From the IMG/VR virus record IMGVR_UViG_2713896908_000003: DNA of 13,691 nt; one strand, 5' to 3'. Shown in pieces: positions 1 to 12,156 of this stretch; the stretch's first letter is position 1; every line of letters begins with the position of its first letter. Below the pieces are notes generated by a model. That model had not been told where the DNA came from. It did no database searches and saw only the letters and a program-made list of their open reading frames with translations. The DNA is from a virus (lineage: Duplodnaviria; Heunggongvirae; Uroviricota; Caudoviricetes). A program made the position numbers and the translations under genes.

Positions 1-1176
1 ATCTTTTGCTGCCATCTCACTGGCCTTTTCAAGATCTGCCTGCAATGTGGCGGCTGAAAGACCAAGTTGCGCATTCGCCCTGTCCTCCCATGCGCCACGG
101 AGATTGGCAAGAAATGCTGAGGTTTTACCACGCCGGTGGCTCCGGCTCTGATACCACTGCCATTTCTTGTCCGCTTCATCAAAAGCCTTTTCTGCTTTCT
201 CCAGCATTTCCCGGGCAGTGTCCGGGCGACCAATATCCAGCACCGAATCCCACATGGATTTAAATGCCCGTGCTGTCCTGTCTGCCCAGGTCTCCAGCGT
301 GCCCATGTTATCTTTCAGGCGGCGGGTCTGGTCATCAAACCCTTTCGTTGCGGCCTCGTTCGCCGCCTGCAATGCCCCGGCTTCATCGCCGGAACGCTGC
401 AACTGAGCAACATACGCAATCTGCTCCGCTGTCACGTTATGGAACTGGCGCGCCATCGCCGTCAGCCCCGACGTCGGGTCTGTGGTCAGCTTCCCGAAGG
501 CTTCAGCAACCTTGTCCACCTCCACGCCCGATGCAGAGGAGAAACGCGCCACACTCTGGCTGATCGCCTCAAACTGCTCACCACCACGCACACCGGCATT
601 CACCAGCGCCGTCAGTGATTCGCTGGTCTGGTTAAACGTCAGCCCTGCCGCCTGCCCGGCTCTGGACAGGACCAGCATACGATCTGCCGTTAGTCCTGCC
701 TGATTACCGGAAAGGACCAGCGTTTTATTGAAACTGGACAGGGTTGAGTCCCCCTGATACCAGGCATACGCCAGCGCTCCGGTGGCAACTGCCAGCGAAG
801 TGAGGCCCACCATCGGCAGGGTGACTGCACCGGCAAGCCCCCTGAACATGGGGATCAACCCACCGAAGGAATCTTTTACCTGACCGCCCTGTTGCAGCAG
901 GATGAGAAACGGGTTCTGCCCCCCTGCAAGCTGCGTGGCCACGTCGGTGAACTGCGCAGGCAGCATACGCATGGCAGCTTTATACTGCCCTACAGAGATA
1001 CCCGCTTTCTGTGCAGCCAGCGCCTGTCGGTTCATCGACTGCTCAACAACTGCCGCTGTTTTTTTCGCATCACTTTCCGTACCGGAAAAATGACGCCTGA
1101 CTCTGGCCATCTGCTCGTCAAATCTGGCTGCATCCAGACTTAAATCAACGACCAGATCGCCTACCGGTTCAGCCAT
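1..1176 (-). CDS. H: Tail tape measure protein, N-terminal ~392 codons; 3' end lies beyond the window start
   Basis: Minus-strand ATG at 1176..1174, with the frame reaching position 1 on a codon boundary and no minus-strand ORF of this frame closed in the track; the hand-translated N-terminus reads MAEPVGDLVVDL, matching my recollection of lambda gpH. The ATG overlaps the T-frame stop (1171..1169). Position after G/T as in lambda. Confidence 0.85.
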   Translation of the reverse strand, partial: MAEPVGDLVVDLSLDAARFDEQMARVRRHFSGTESDAKKTAAVVEQSMNRQALAAQKAGISVGQYKAAMRMLPAQFTDVATQLAGGQNPFLILLQQGGQVKDSFGGLIPMFRGLAGAVTLPMVGLTSLAVATGALAYAWYQGDSTLSSFNKTLVLSGNQAGLTADRMLVLSRAGQAAGLTFNQTSESLTALVNAGVRGGEQFEAISQSVARFSSASGVEVDKVAEAFGKLTTDPTSGLTAMARQFHNVTAEQIAYVAQLQRSGDEAGALQAANEAATKGFDDQTRRLKDNMGTLETWADRTARAFKSMWDSVLDIGRPDTAREMLEKAEKAFDEADKKWQWYQSRSHRRGKTSAFLANLRGAWEDRANAQLGLSAATLQADLEKASEMAAKD

Positions 1177-1594
1177 ACCGGACTCCTCCTGCGATCCCTT
1201 CTGATACTGTCATCAGCATTGCGTCATCCTCCGTCATGTCCGGGGAAGCGGGGATAACTTCATTCCCGTCCGGACCAAAACGAACACCTCCGGCAAGCCC
1301 TGCCGCTTTCTGCATCAGCACATCATCTTCAGGCTCTTCGTCAGCCCCGCGCCGGTTCAGCAGACTGAAATCCAGCGGATGCATATCCGGATCGCTGAAA
1401 AACAGGCTGAGCACGGTGTACGTCAGCCCGGAAAAGTGCATATCCAGCAGAACATCATGAAAATAATGGGTACTGTAAAAGCGGTGCCAGTCGGCATACT
1501 CCGTGGATGACATCCCGGCAAGCATGGCACGCCAGTCGGGTCGCCCCATCTCACGCGCCAGTTTCAGGGCAAAACTCAGCTCACCGTCGAACAC
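1169..1594 (-). CDS. T: T reading frame of the tail assembly chaperone, expressed only as a G-T fusion by -1 frameshift (no independent start expected)
   Basis: ORF-track frame 1169..1594 begins VFDGELSFALKLAREMGRPDW exactly at the slippery site at the 3' end of G; the track's first codon is GTG, not a real initiation codon. Confidence 0.8.
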   Translation of the reverse strand: MFDGELSFALKLAREMGRPDWRAMLAGMSSTEYADWHRFYSTHYFHDVLLDMHFSGLTYTVLSLFFSDPDMHPLDFSLLNRRGADEEPEDDVLMQKAAGLAGGVRFGPDGNEVIPASPDMTEDDAMLMTVSEGIAGGVRYG

Positions 1595-1998
1595 TTTCCC
1601 GCAGAAACAGGCTCTGCAGGCCCGGCGTCCTCTGCCTGTTCAGGGGCATCATTCACCACAAACTCATACATACCGGACAGCCGGTACACCACGTTTTCAG
1701 CATGAGAAATCGCCTCTGTGGGCCAGGTGGTGAGCACTTCCTGCTCAATCTGTTTAACGGCTTCATTCATGGACGGCATCTGCGTCTTCTTCGGATGGTT
1801 ATGCCACAGGGACATCGCCACCACAAAAGCGCCGGTTCTGATGACGTCTTCCACAGTAAACTTCCGGTTACTGTCTGACTCCGCCTGTTCTGCCTGCCGT
1901 TTCATCAGGGCGAGATGCTCAATGCGCTGCAGGGCTGACAGTTCAGAAAGCGTGACGGTCACGCCGTTATGTTCAAATGATTCGGTTTTCAGGAACAT
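1576..1998 (-). CDS. G: Tail assembly chaperone gpG
   Basis: 140 aa, same length as lambda gpG; ends ...SAGKCSTVS; followed by the overlapping T frame; located between V and H. Confidence 0.9.
   Translation of the reverse strand: MFLKTESFEHNGVTVTLSELSALQRIEHLALMKRQAEQAESDSNRKFTVEDVIRTGAFVVAMSLWHNHPKKTQMPSMNEAVKQIEQEVLTTWPTEAISHAENVVYRLSGMYEFVVNDAPEQAEDAGPAEPVSAGKCSTVS
1594..1600 (-). other. Programmed -1 ribosomal frameshift slippery heptamer G GGA AAG (G to G-T fusion)
   Basis: Plus strand reads ctttccc at 1594-1600, which is GGGAAAG on the minus strand. In the G frame the codons are GGA AAG (G K); after a -1 slip the reading continues GTG TTC GAC GGT GAG = VFDGE, the start of the T frame. 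Confidence 0.75.
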
Positions 1999-2013
1999 CG
2001 CTGACTCTCCGGA

Positions 2014-2754
2014 TTAACTGGCGGTGACGTTGATTTCTGCAACCGCAGCAAACTCACCATTACCGGATACAACCGGAATGTTGACCTTACCTGCAGCAAC
2101 ACCCTTCACGGTGATGGTCATACCACTGACCGACACCGTGGCTTTTGTTTTATCCGCTGACACCGCACGGAAGCTCTTGTCGGTTGCGCCTTCCGGCTGG
2201 AATGCCACGGTCAGCGTGGTGCTCTGCCCTTTCACTACGGAAGCACTGGCGGGTGTCACCGTCATGCCGGTTGCCGCCGTCACCGTGCTGCGATCTTCTG
2301 CCATTGACGGACGGCCCACATTGGTGACCTTCACCGTGCGGGTGATCGCTTCCTTCGCCGTTACTGCCTTACCGATACTGCTGACCCAGCCACGGAACAC
2401 ATCGACCGTGCCGTTCGGGAAGCGGATTTTATAGGCCCGGACATCCCCTTCATTAAACCACGCCAGCAGCGCCTGCTGCCCCTGCTCTCCGGGCATCCAC
2501 GCCAGCGTAAAGCTGGTATCTCCGGCTGACTTCTGCCCCTGTCCGGTCGCGGTCCAGTCCGCATCTTCATCATCGAGATAACTGTCGTCATAGGACTCAG
2601 CGGTCAGTTCGCCGGGCGTCAGGTCTTTAACTTTAGCCAGACGCGACCAGTCAACGTCTGAAAGCGGGTTCGCATAAGGGTCACCGTTCCCCTTATAAAC
2701 CCACAGTGTGGTCCCGGCCCCTTTCACCGGCATTGTAGGATTTGGTACAGGCAT
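2014..2754 (-). CDS. V: Major tail tube protein gpV (C-terminal Ig-like domain)
   Basis: The ORF-track frame 2014..2784 contains [22 protein letters not shown]... from its 11th codon, matching lambda gpV (246 aa). The ATG at 2754 is preceded by GAGGA with ~5 nt spacing and lies 7 nt after the U stop; the track's upstream ATGs fall inside U. Confidence 0.9.
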   Translation of the reverse strand: MPVPNPTMPVKGAGTTLWVYKGNGDPYANPLSDVDWSRLAKVKDLTPGELTAESYDDSYLDDEDADWTATGQGQKSAGDTSFTLAWMPGEQGQQALLAWFNEGDVRAYKIRFPNGTVDVFRGWVSSIGKAVTAKEAITRTVKVTNVGRPSMAEDRSTVTAATGMTVTPASASVVKGQSTTLTVAFQPEGATDKSFRAVSADKTKATVSVSGMTITVKGVAAGKVNIPVVSGNGEFAAVAEINVTAS

Positions 2755-2761
2755 ATCGTCC

Positions 2762-3157
2762 TCACATTTCATAGGTAATGACATAAGTCAGATCGGCTGA
2801 ACTCCACAGGCCCGCATCATCGTCGCGCCGGTAGTCATAGCCACTGGCCACCATACTGGTGATCAAATCTGACAGTGCCGGGATATCGCTCATCACCGGA
2901 TAAATCCGGGACTCCATCCACGAATCCAGCTCTGAATCCGGCACCTGAGCAGGCAGGAAAACTTCGATATGCAGCTCTGCCTGCCAGGTATCGCTGTCCA
3001 GCTCTTCGCCCGTGTATTCAGCGCCGGTGAGATAAACGGCAACTGCCGGAAAATCCGCCTCATCAAAAACAGCGGGGCGACCATCAAAAAACGTCGCCCC
3101 GGTGTCATGCTTCTCCAGTGCATCCAGTACGGCTGCACGGAGTTCAGTATGTTTCAT
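2762..3157 (-). CDS. U: Tail terminator protein gpU
   Basis: 131 aa as in lambda gpU; start overlaps the Z stop (3154..3157); synteny between Z and V. Confidence 0.9.
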   Translation of the reverse strand: MKHTELRAAVLDALEKHDTGATFFDGRPAVFDEADFPAVAVYLTGAEYTGEELDSDTWQAELHIEVFLPAQVPDSELDSWMESRIYPVMSDIPALSDLITSMVASGYDYRRDDDAGLWSSADLTYVITYEM

Positions 3158-3732
3158 CGCTTTATTACCATCCTCAGCTGATGCTGCAGCGCATAGCCCA
3201 GCTCTTTCGGAAGACGCTCACGCCGTATCCGTTCAATATTCTGTTTAAACGCCGTGGTCAGCGGCACCGCCATCGGAATTTTCACCACATCAATGGGGTA
3301 ACGGTTTTTCCCGGCCACACGCTGCATGACATGCCACCGGCCATTTTTCAGTTGCTGAATAAACGCGCCGGGAATACGACGGTTTCCCACCACAAGCACG
3401 CTGCCGCCACCTTTCAGGGATGAACGCTGCCCCTTTTTACGACGCCTGCGGCGGGACAGGACAACCCGCGCATTCCCCAGCCTGATTACGGGCAAATCCC
3501 CCCGGTTAACTTTGATTCTGGCCTGCGGATTTTTGACCGTGGCCCTTTTCAGCCTGGCCCTTTCCTTTACCAGTTTCCGGCGTACCTTTGTCTCACGGGC
3601 AACCTGTGATGAAGACTGATTAATCGCCGTTGTAGCCACGCGGTTAATGGCCATTGCGGAGGCACCGGGCACCGCCGTTTTGCTGATACGGCTGAGGTTT
3701 TCAACGGCCTGCTCAAGACCTTTTATAGCCAT
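3154..3732 (-). CDS. Z: Tail completion protein gpZ
   Basis: 192 aa as in lambda gpZ; synteny between FII and U. Confidence 0.9.
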   Translation of the reverse strand: MAIKGLEQAVENLSRISKTAVPGASAMAINRVATTAINQSSSQVARETKVRRKLVKERARLKRATVKNPQARIKVNRGDLPVIRLGNARVVLSRRRRRKKGQRSSLKGGGSVLVVGNRRIPGAFIQQLKNGRWHVMQRVAGKNRYPIDVVKIPMAVPLTTAFKQNIERIRRERLPKELGYALQHQLRMVIKR

Positions 3733-3743
3733 ACATCCCCCTT

Positions 3744-4097
3744 TCAGCGGCGACGGTTAACGGCAGGCGGTACGCCACGCCCGAGCCAGAGATGACAGCT
3801 TCCGCCATCATCCGGCGAAATCCGGTCTATCCAGAAGTTTTCCTCACCGATGGTCAGCGTGTCGCCGCGCCGCAGCTGCCGCACATCATCAGTCCGGACA
3901 AACAGGGACGGGCTGGAGCCTTCAACGCGTACGCCCTGTCCGGCATAACTGATATTTTCAGGGTCATCAAAAACACCACGTATCACAGCACCGGACTGCT
4001 CACCGGATGTAATGGTGGCTGACGTTCCCATGTACCCGCGTATCGTTTCATCGGCGCGGGCAATGGCAGCATCGAACAGGTTATTGAAATCAGCCAC
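3744..4097 (-). CDS. FII: Head-tail joining protein gpFII
   Basis: 117 aa as in lambda gpFII; synteny between FI and Z. Confidence 0.9.
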   Translation of the reverse strand: MADFNNLFDAAIARADETIRGYMGTSATITSGEQSGAVIRGVFDDPENISYAGQGVRVEGSSPSLFVRTDDVRQLRRGDTLTIGEENFWIDRISPDDGGSCHLWLGRGVPPAVNRRR

Positions 4098-4108
4098 AGT
4101 GCCTCCCG

Positions 4109-4504
4109 TTATTGCATTCTGGCCAGGCCGCGCTCTGTCATTTCAGCTGCCACACCGGCAGAGACACGGAACGCCGTTCCCGGCAGCACAAATGCCACAG
4201 CCTCATCCCGCGTGGCGTGAAGTGCATCAGTATGCAGCGTCACCAGTGCCACGACCGTGACCAGAGCAGCCGTATCAATCACGGTACCCGGCTGCGCTGA
4301 TACCACCTCATTTTCATGCCCGGTCAGCACATTTTCCGGGCTGAGAGGGGTGTCCTGACCGGCAGTGCCATCCGTGTCATCAAGCTCTTCTTCCAGCTCT
4401 GCCACACGGAGCGCCAGTTCTTCTTTCGTCCCCGTCAGGCTGACATCACGGTTCAGTTGCTCACCCAGCGAGCGGAGACGGGCAATCAGTTCATCTTTCG
4501 TCAT
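4109..4504 (-). CDS. FI: DNA packaging / head assembly protein gpFI
   Basis: The ORF-track frame 4109..4543 contains MTKDELIARLRSLGEQLNRDV... from codon 14, matching the lambda gpFI N-terminus; the track start at 4543 is an upstream in-frame ATG in the E-FI spacer. Confidence 0.85.
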   Translation of the reverse strand: MTKDELIARLRSLGEQLNRDVSLTGTKEELALRVAELEEELDDTDGTAGQDTPLSPENVLTGHENEVVSAQPGTVIDTAALVTVVALVTLHTDALHATRDEAVAFVLPGTAFRVSAGVAAEMTERGLARMQ

Positions 4505-4545
4505 GGACTCCTCCACAGAGAAAAAATGGCCCCGAAGGGCCATTT

Positions 4546-5571
4546 TTACGCCAGCTGTACGGACACGAACTCATCAGGGTCAGCCAGCAGCATCAGCGGT
4601 GCTGACTGAATCATGGTGAACTCTCGCGCCGGATCGCCGGATGTCTTCCAGTTTTTCGGATAACGGGGAGACGCATTAATACCCTCACTCAATGCATCCG
4701 CATCCTGAATACAGCCATAAGTGCGCAGACCGCGTGCATGAGTGTTACCCAGCACCATCGTGTTGTCCGGCAGGAAGTTCTTTTTGACGCCGTTTTCCAC
4801 GTACTGTCCGGAATATACGACGATGGCCACATCGCCATACATCCCCTTACAGGACACCGCTTTACCCAGGTCTTTTACCGCTGTCTCCAGCTCGGAATGT
4901 GAGCCGCGACGGGTATCCAGCTTCTCCCTGACGGCTTTGAAGGAACGGAACAGCGCCCAGCCTTTAGGATCAAACACGATGATGTTCACCACGCCGCTGG
5001 CGTTCAGCGCGTAGGCTTCGATATCGTCGGTCGGGTCATACGTGGACTTGTCACGCTTGCTCCACTCCGTGCCGCCGGACTGCGTGATGTTGTTCGCCGC
5101 ACTGCGGCCCATATCCACCTCAACCGGATCGAAGGCTTCACCGGTCATGGTGTATTTGCCCCTGAGCACGGCAGAAACCGCCTGCATCTCTTCGACCTGA
5201 GCAATGGCCAGCTCCTCGTCTCGCATGTTCTGCATGATGATGCGACGGCGGCGGTAAGCCGGGTCCGCCAGATTCTGTGGATCTTCATCCGGCAGGCGAC
5301 GCAGGGTCATCTGCGGATTCACCTCATGCTTCGGCTTGACATAACCCGGCGTAAATTCAGAGGTGGAGCCGCCACGGGAGCGGATAACTTCACCGGAAAC
5401 AATCGGCGAAACGTACAGCGCCATGTTTACCAGCCCCGGAATTTGTGAGAGATAGACTTTCTCCGTGGTGAAGGGATAGCTCTCACGGAAAAAGAGACGC
5501 AGAAACAGCGGATCAAACTTAAATTTCTGCTCATTTGCCGCCAGCAGCTGGGCGGTTGTGTACATCGACAT
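4546..5571 (-). CDS. E: Major capsid protein gpE
   Basis: 341 aa beginning MSMYTTAQLLAANEQKFKFDPLFLRLFF and ending EFVSVQLA, as I recall for lambda gpE (341 aa). Confidence 0.95.
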   Translation of the reverse strand: MSMYTTAQLLAANEQKFKFDPLFLRLFFRESYPFTTEKVYLSQIPGLVNMALYVSPIVSGEVIRSRGGSTSEFTPGYVKPKHEVNPQMTLRRLPDEDPQNLADPAYRRRRIIMQNMRDEELAIAQVEEMQAVSAVLRGKYTMTGEAFDPVEVDMGRSAANNITQSGGTEWSKRDKSTYDPTDDIEAYALNASGVVNIIVFDPKGWALFRSFKAVREKLDTRRGSHSELETAVKDLGKAVSCKGMYGDVAIVVYSGQYVENGVKKNFLPDNTMVLGNTHARGLRTYGCIQDADALSEGINASPRYPKNWKTSGDPAREFTMIQSAPLMLLADPDEFVSVQLA

Positions 5572-5585
5572 AAAAAAATCCCGTA

Positions 5586-5609
5586 AAAAAAGCCGCGCAG
5601 GCGGCCTTT
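5586..5609 (-). other. GC hairpin followed by a U-run in the D-E intergenic spacer (terminator-like; possible RNA stability or attenuation element)
   Basis: Plus strand has an A-run, then gccgc gcag gcggc, then ccttt; on the sense (minus) strand this gives a GCCGC/GCGGC stem with a 4-nt loop followed by UUUUUUU, immediately upstream of the E start. Confidence 0.35.
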
Positions 5610-5626
5610 AGTGATGAAGGGGCAGG

Positions 5627-5959
5627 TTAAACGATGCTGATTGCCGTTCCGGCAAACGCGGTCCGTTTTTTCGTCTCGTCGCTGGCAGCCTCCGGCCAGA
5701 GCACATCCTCATAACGGAACGTGCCGGACTTGTAGAACGTCAGCGTGGTGCTGGTCTGGTCAGCAGCAACCGCCAGAATGCCAACGGCAGCACCGTCAGT
5801 GGTGCCATCCCACGCAACCAGCTTACGGGTGGAGGTATCCGGCATCAGCGGGGTCATTGCAGGCGCTTTCGCACTCAATCCGCCGGGCGCGGTTGCGGTA
5901 TGAGCCGGGTCACTGTTGCCCAGCGGCTGGTAATGGGTAAAGGCTTCTTTGCTCGTCAT
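5627..5959 (-). CDS. D: Head decoration protein gpD
   Basis: The ORF-track frame 5627..5965 reads [14 protein letters not shown]...; lambda gpD (110 aa) begins MTSKE. The ATG at 5959 has AGGGA ~5 nt upstream, whereas the ATG at 5965 has no spacing for a Shine-Dalgarno. Confidence 0.9.
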   Translation of the reverse strand: MTSKEAFTHYQPLGNSDPAHTATAPGGLSAKAPAMTPLMPDTSTRKLVAWDGTTDGAAVGILAVAADQTSTTLTFYKSGTFRYEDVLWPEAASDETKKRTAFAGTAISIV

Positions 5960-5968
5960 AAACATCCC

Positions 5969-6574
5969 TTACACTGGTGTGTTCAGCAAATCGTTAACGG
6001 CATCAGATGCCGGGTTACCTGCAGCCAGCGGTGCCGGTGCCCCCTGCATCAGACGATCCAGCGCAGTGTCACTGCGCGCCTGTACACTCTGTGGTGCAGC
6101 TGCCAGAATGCGGCGGGCCGTTTCCACGGTCATACCGGGGGTTTCGGCCAGCACACGTGCCTGTTCTTCACGTCCGTGGGCCTCTTCACAATTGAGGATC
6201 CCCATAATGCGACTGTTTTCTGCCGCAACCGCTGCGGTGATCTGCGCGTTCACGTCCGGCTGCGCCGCGCTGGCGTTTTCGCCCTCCGTCGCTGTCACCA
6301 CGCCAGTAACGTCAGCCTGCGAAGCAGTGGCTGAAACAGTTGTTGATTGAGTCTCTTTGGTCATTCGCCCTCCTGAGAGACGGGATTTACGTGCATCCAG
6401 TGCATCACGCATGACGGTGATCGCATCGGTGCTGTTAACAAGTTCATCAGCCAGTCCGGCATCAATGGCCTCCTGACCGCTGTACACTGCAGCCTCGGTA
6501 TCCAGCACGGCCTGCACGGACAGGCCGGTATATGCCGACACCTTCTGTGCAAACATCCGGCGGGTTGCATCCAT
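5969..6574 (-). CDS. Nu3: Scaffolding protein Nu3, in-frame internal start nested in the 3' third of C
   Basis: In-frame ATG at 6574..6572 gives MDATRRMFAQKV... and 201 aa sharing the C stop; the lambda nu3 arrangement is the same as I recall it (606 nt, shared stop with C). Confidence 0.7.
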   Translation of the reverse strand: MDATRRMFAQKVSAYTGLSVQAVLDTEAAVYSGQEAIDAGLADELVNSTDAITVMRDALDARKSRLSGGRMTKETQSTTVSATASQADVTGVVTATEGENASAAQPDVNAQITAAVAAENSRIMGILNCEEAHGREEQARVLAETPGMTVETARRILAAAPQSVQARSDTALDRLMQGAPAPLAAGNPASDAVNDLLNTPV

Positions 6575-7268
6575 CCGGGACTGCAGTGTTTCCCGGACGT
6601 CATCCGGAAGATGGCTGTAGGGGTTGCCATCCACCTTATGGCTGCCGCTGTAAATCAGAGTGATTTCCACGCCCTGTTTCTCCAGCGCAGCACCGTAATT
6701 ACTGTGAGCCATCATGACGCCGATGGAGCCTGTCCGGGCGGTCTGCGTGACCAGACGCCGGGAGGCGGCACTGGCAAGCAGCTGACCTGCACTGCAGTTC
6801 ATGTCGTTGGCCAGCGCCCATACCGGTTTTATGTCACGCACACGGGCGATGATGTCAGCGCAGTCAAATGCCCCCGCCACCATTCCGCCTGGCGTATCCA
6901 TATCGAGCAGAATGCCGTCCACCATCGGATCGCTGGCAGCCTGTTGCAGACGGGCGATAATGCCGTTGTAACCGGTCATCCCCGAATACGGCTGCAGCGC
7001 CCGCGTCCGGCTGACCAGCGTGCCGGACACCGGCAGCACGGCGATGCCGTTCATGACCTGATAACTGCGGGCCTGTCGTGGTCCGTCATCATTACCAGAT
7101 AACGCCAGCGTCGCGGGTGCCTCTCCGACGGTCAGGCTGTCGCCGGACACCGCATCCGTCAGGCGGCTGATCCCAAGCTGGCCGGCAAGCGCACAAAAGA
7201 AAACCCGCGCATAGGCGGGTTCAAGCATCAGCGGCTCATTAAAGGCCATGCTGGCAATATGCGGGAGA

Positions 7269-7288
<20 letters not shown>
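5969..7288 (-). CDS. C: Head maturation protease / scaffold-fusion protein gpC (S49-type serine protease), GTG start
   Basis: The ORF-track frame 5969..7420 contains VTAELRNLPHIASMAFNEPLMLEPAYARVFF from codon 45, which is the lambda gpC N-terminus (MTAELRN...). The GTG at 7288 is preceded by AGGAGGAG with ~7 nt spacing and overlaps the end of B by 20 nt, as in lambda. Resulting length is 439 aa. Confidence 0.88.
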
Positions 7289-10969
<3,681 letters not shown>

Positions 10970-10995
<26 letters not shown>

Positions 10996-11515
10996 TCAGC
11001 AACCCCGGTATCAGTTCATCCAGCGCGGCTGCTTTGTTCATGGCTTTGATGATATCCCGTTTCAGGAAATCAACATGTCGGTTTTCCAGTTCCGGAAAAC
11101 GCCGCTGCACCGACAGGGGGATCCCGTCGAGAATACTGGCAATTTCACCTGCGATCCGCGACAGCACGAAAGTACAGAATGCGGTTTCCACCACTTCAGC
11201 GGAGTCTCTGGCATTTTTCAGCTCCTGTGCATCGGCCTGCGCACGCGTAAGTCGATGGCGTTCGTACTCAATAGTCCCTGGCAGGAGATCTGTCTCGCTG
11301 GCCTGCCGCAGTTCTTCAACCTCCCGGCGCAGCTTTTCGTTCTCAATTTCAGCATCCCTTTCGGCATACCATTTTATGACGGCGGCAGAGTCATAAAGCA
11401 CCTCATTACCCTTGCCACCGCCTCGCAGAACGGGCATTCCCTGTTCCTGCCAGTTCTGAATGGTACGGATACTCGCACCGAAAATGTCAGCCAGCTGCTT
11501 TTTGTTGACTTCCAT
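10970..11515 (-). CDS. Nu1: Terminase small subunit gpNu1 (winged-HTH DNA-binding N-terminus)
   Basis: 181 aa beginning MEVNKKQLADIFGASIRTIQNWQEQGMPVLRGGGKGNEVLYDSAAVIKWYAERDAEIENEKLRREVEELRQASE, matching lambda gpNu1; sits immediately downstream of the cos-like sequence. Confidence 0.95.
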
Positions 11516-11540
11516 TGTTCATTCCACGGACAAAAACAGA

Positions 11541-11555
11541 GAAAGGAAACGACAG
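11541..11555. repeat. cosB R-element-like repeat, perfect inverted partner of 11581-11595
   Basis: gaaaggaaacgacag; its reverse complement ctgtcgtttcctttc occurs at 11581-11595 (25-bp spacer). Corresponds to the gpNu1-binding R elements of lambda cosB. Confidence 0.75.
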
Positions 11556-11580
11556 AGGCCAAAAAGCCCGTTTTCAGCAC

Positions 11581-11595
11581 CTGTCGTTTCCTTTC
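11581..11595. repeat. cosB R-element-like repeat, inverted copy
   Basis: ctgtcgtttcctttc, the exact reverse complement of 11541-11555. Confidence 0.75.
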
Positions 11596-11640
11596 TTTTC
11601 AGGGGGGGTTTTAAATAAAAACATGACGTTACGGAGAAGA

Positions 11641-11652
11641 AGAACGGAAACG
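11641..11652. repeat. cosB R3-like element, third and degenerate copy nearest cosN
   Basis: agaacggaaacg shares the GGAAACG core with the 11541 repeat; separated from the others by an A/T-rich stretch (11609-11622) where lambda has the IHF site I1. Confidence 0.6.
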
Positions 11653-11692
11653 CCTTAAACCGGAAAATTTTCATAAATAGCGAAAATCCGCG

Positions 11693-11704
11693 CGCCTTCC
11701 GCCC
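11693..11704 (-). other. cosN: predicted 12-nt cohesive-end sequence (minus strand GGGCGGAAGGCG)
   Basis: The minus strand reads tacg GGGCGGAAGGCG CGCGGATTTTCGCTATTTATGAAAATTTTCCGGTTTAAGGCGTTTCCGTTCTTCT. This is collinear with the lambda left end (GGGCGGCGACCT CGCGGGTTTTCGCTATTTATG...) but the last 6 nt of the 12-mer differ. Confidence 0.65.
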
Positions 11705-11913
11705 CGTAGCCTGTCAGATCGCCGGAAAGAACCCACAAAAAATGAGAATAGTTATCATCTGCATGATGACTCATCAGAACGTGTGTGTACGCAATCTAAC
11801 CACAAGAAATGATCAATTATGACGCAGGCATTGCATCAATTGATCCACATCAAATTAACGTAAAAGCAACTTCAGAAAATACAAACCAGCAACACTGAAT
11901 ATGGGGCAACATT

Positions 11914-12051
11914 ATGTCATCAAAGAACAGAACCCGCAGAACAACAGCCCTCAACATCCGATTTCCAAACCAGATGATTGAACAAATTAACATCGCTTTT
12001 GGTCAGAAAGGTTCAGGAATTTTTTCAGCGTGGATTATTGAAGTCTGCTGA
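11914..12051 (+). CDS. Hypothetical 45-aa protein, ribbon-helix-helix (Arc/MetJ-like) DNA-binding fold predicted; possibly a YlcI/YnfO-type small prophage protein
   Basis: Hand-translated (below the ORF-track cutoff): MSSKNRTRRTTALNIRFPNQMIEQINIAFGQKGSGIFSAWIIEVC. The pattern is a basic N-terminus, a beta-strand LNIRFP, helix A, a G-x-G turn and helix B, comparable to the P22 Arc segment FNLRWPREVLDLVRKVAEENGRSVNSEIYQRVMESF. GGGG lies ~7 nt upstream of the ATG. Same locus position (lysis genes to Nu1 homolog) as small ORFs in E. coli cryptic lambdoid prophages. Confidence 0.45.
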   Translation: MSSKNRTRRTTALNIRFPNQMIEQINIAFGQKGSGIFSAWIIEVC

Positions 12052-12156
12052 AGAAGACTAATTAATGAAAAACATTCTCAATTTGTACCCAACAAAAACA
12101 AACACGACCAGAGCACCTGTTCAGACAGGTTTACTTAAACGACGTATATATGACAC

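Noticed and set aside
11742-11822. 26-codon plus-strand ORF (MRIVIICMMTHQNVCVRNLTTRNDQL) just beyond cosN.
   Set aside because: No ribosome-binding site upstream, and it overlaps the palindromic elements more simply explained as regulatory or packaging DNA.
12116-12129. Short hairpin CCTGT-tcag-ACAGG downstream of the small RHH-like ORF.
   Set aside because: Only a 5-bp stem and no adjacent U-run; the strong symmetric terminator 30 bp further on accounts for termination.
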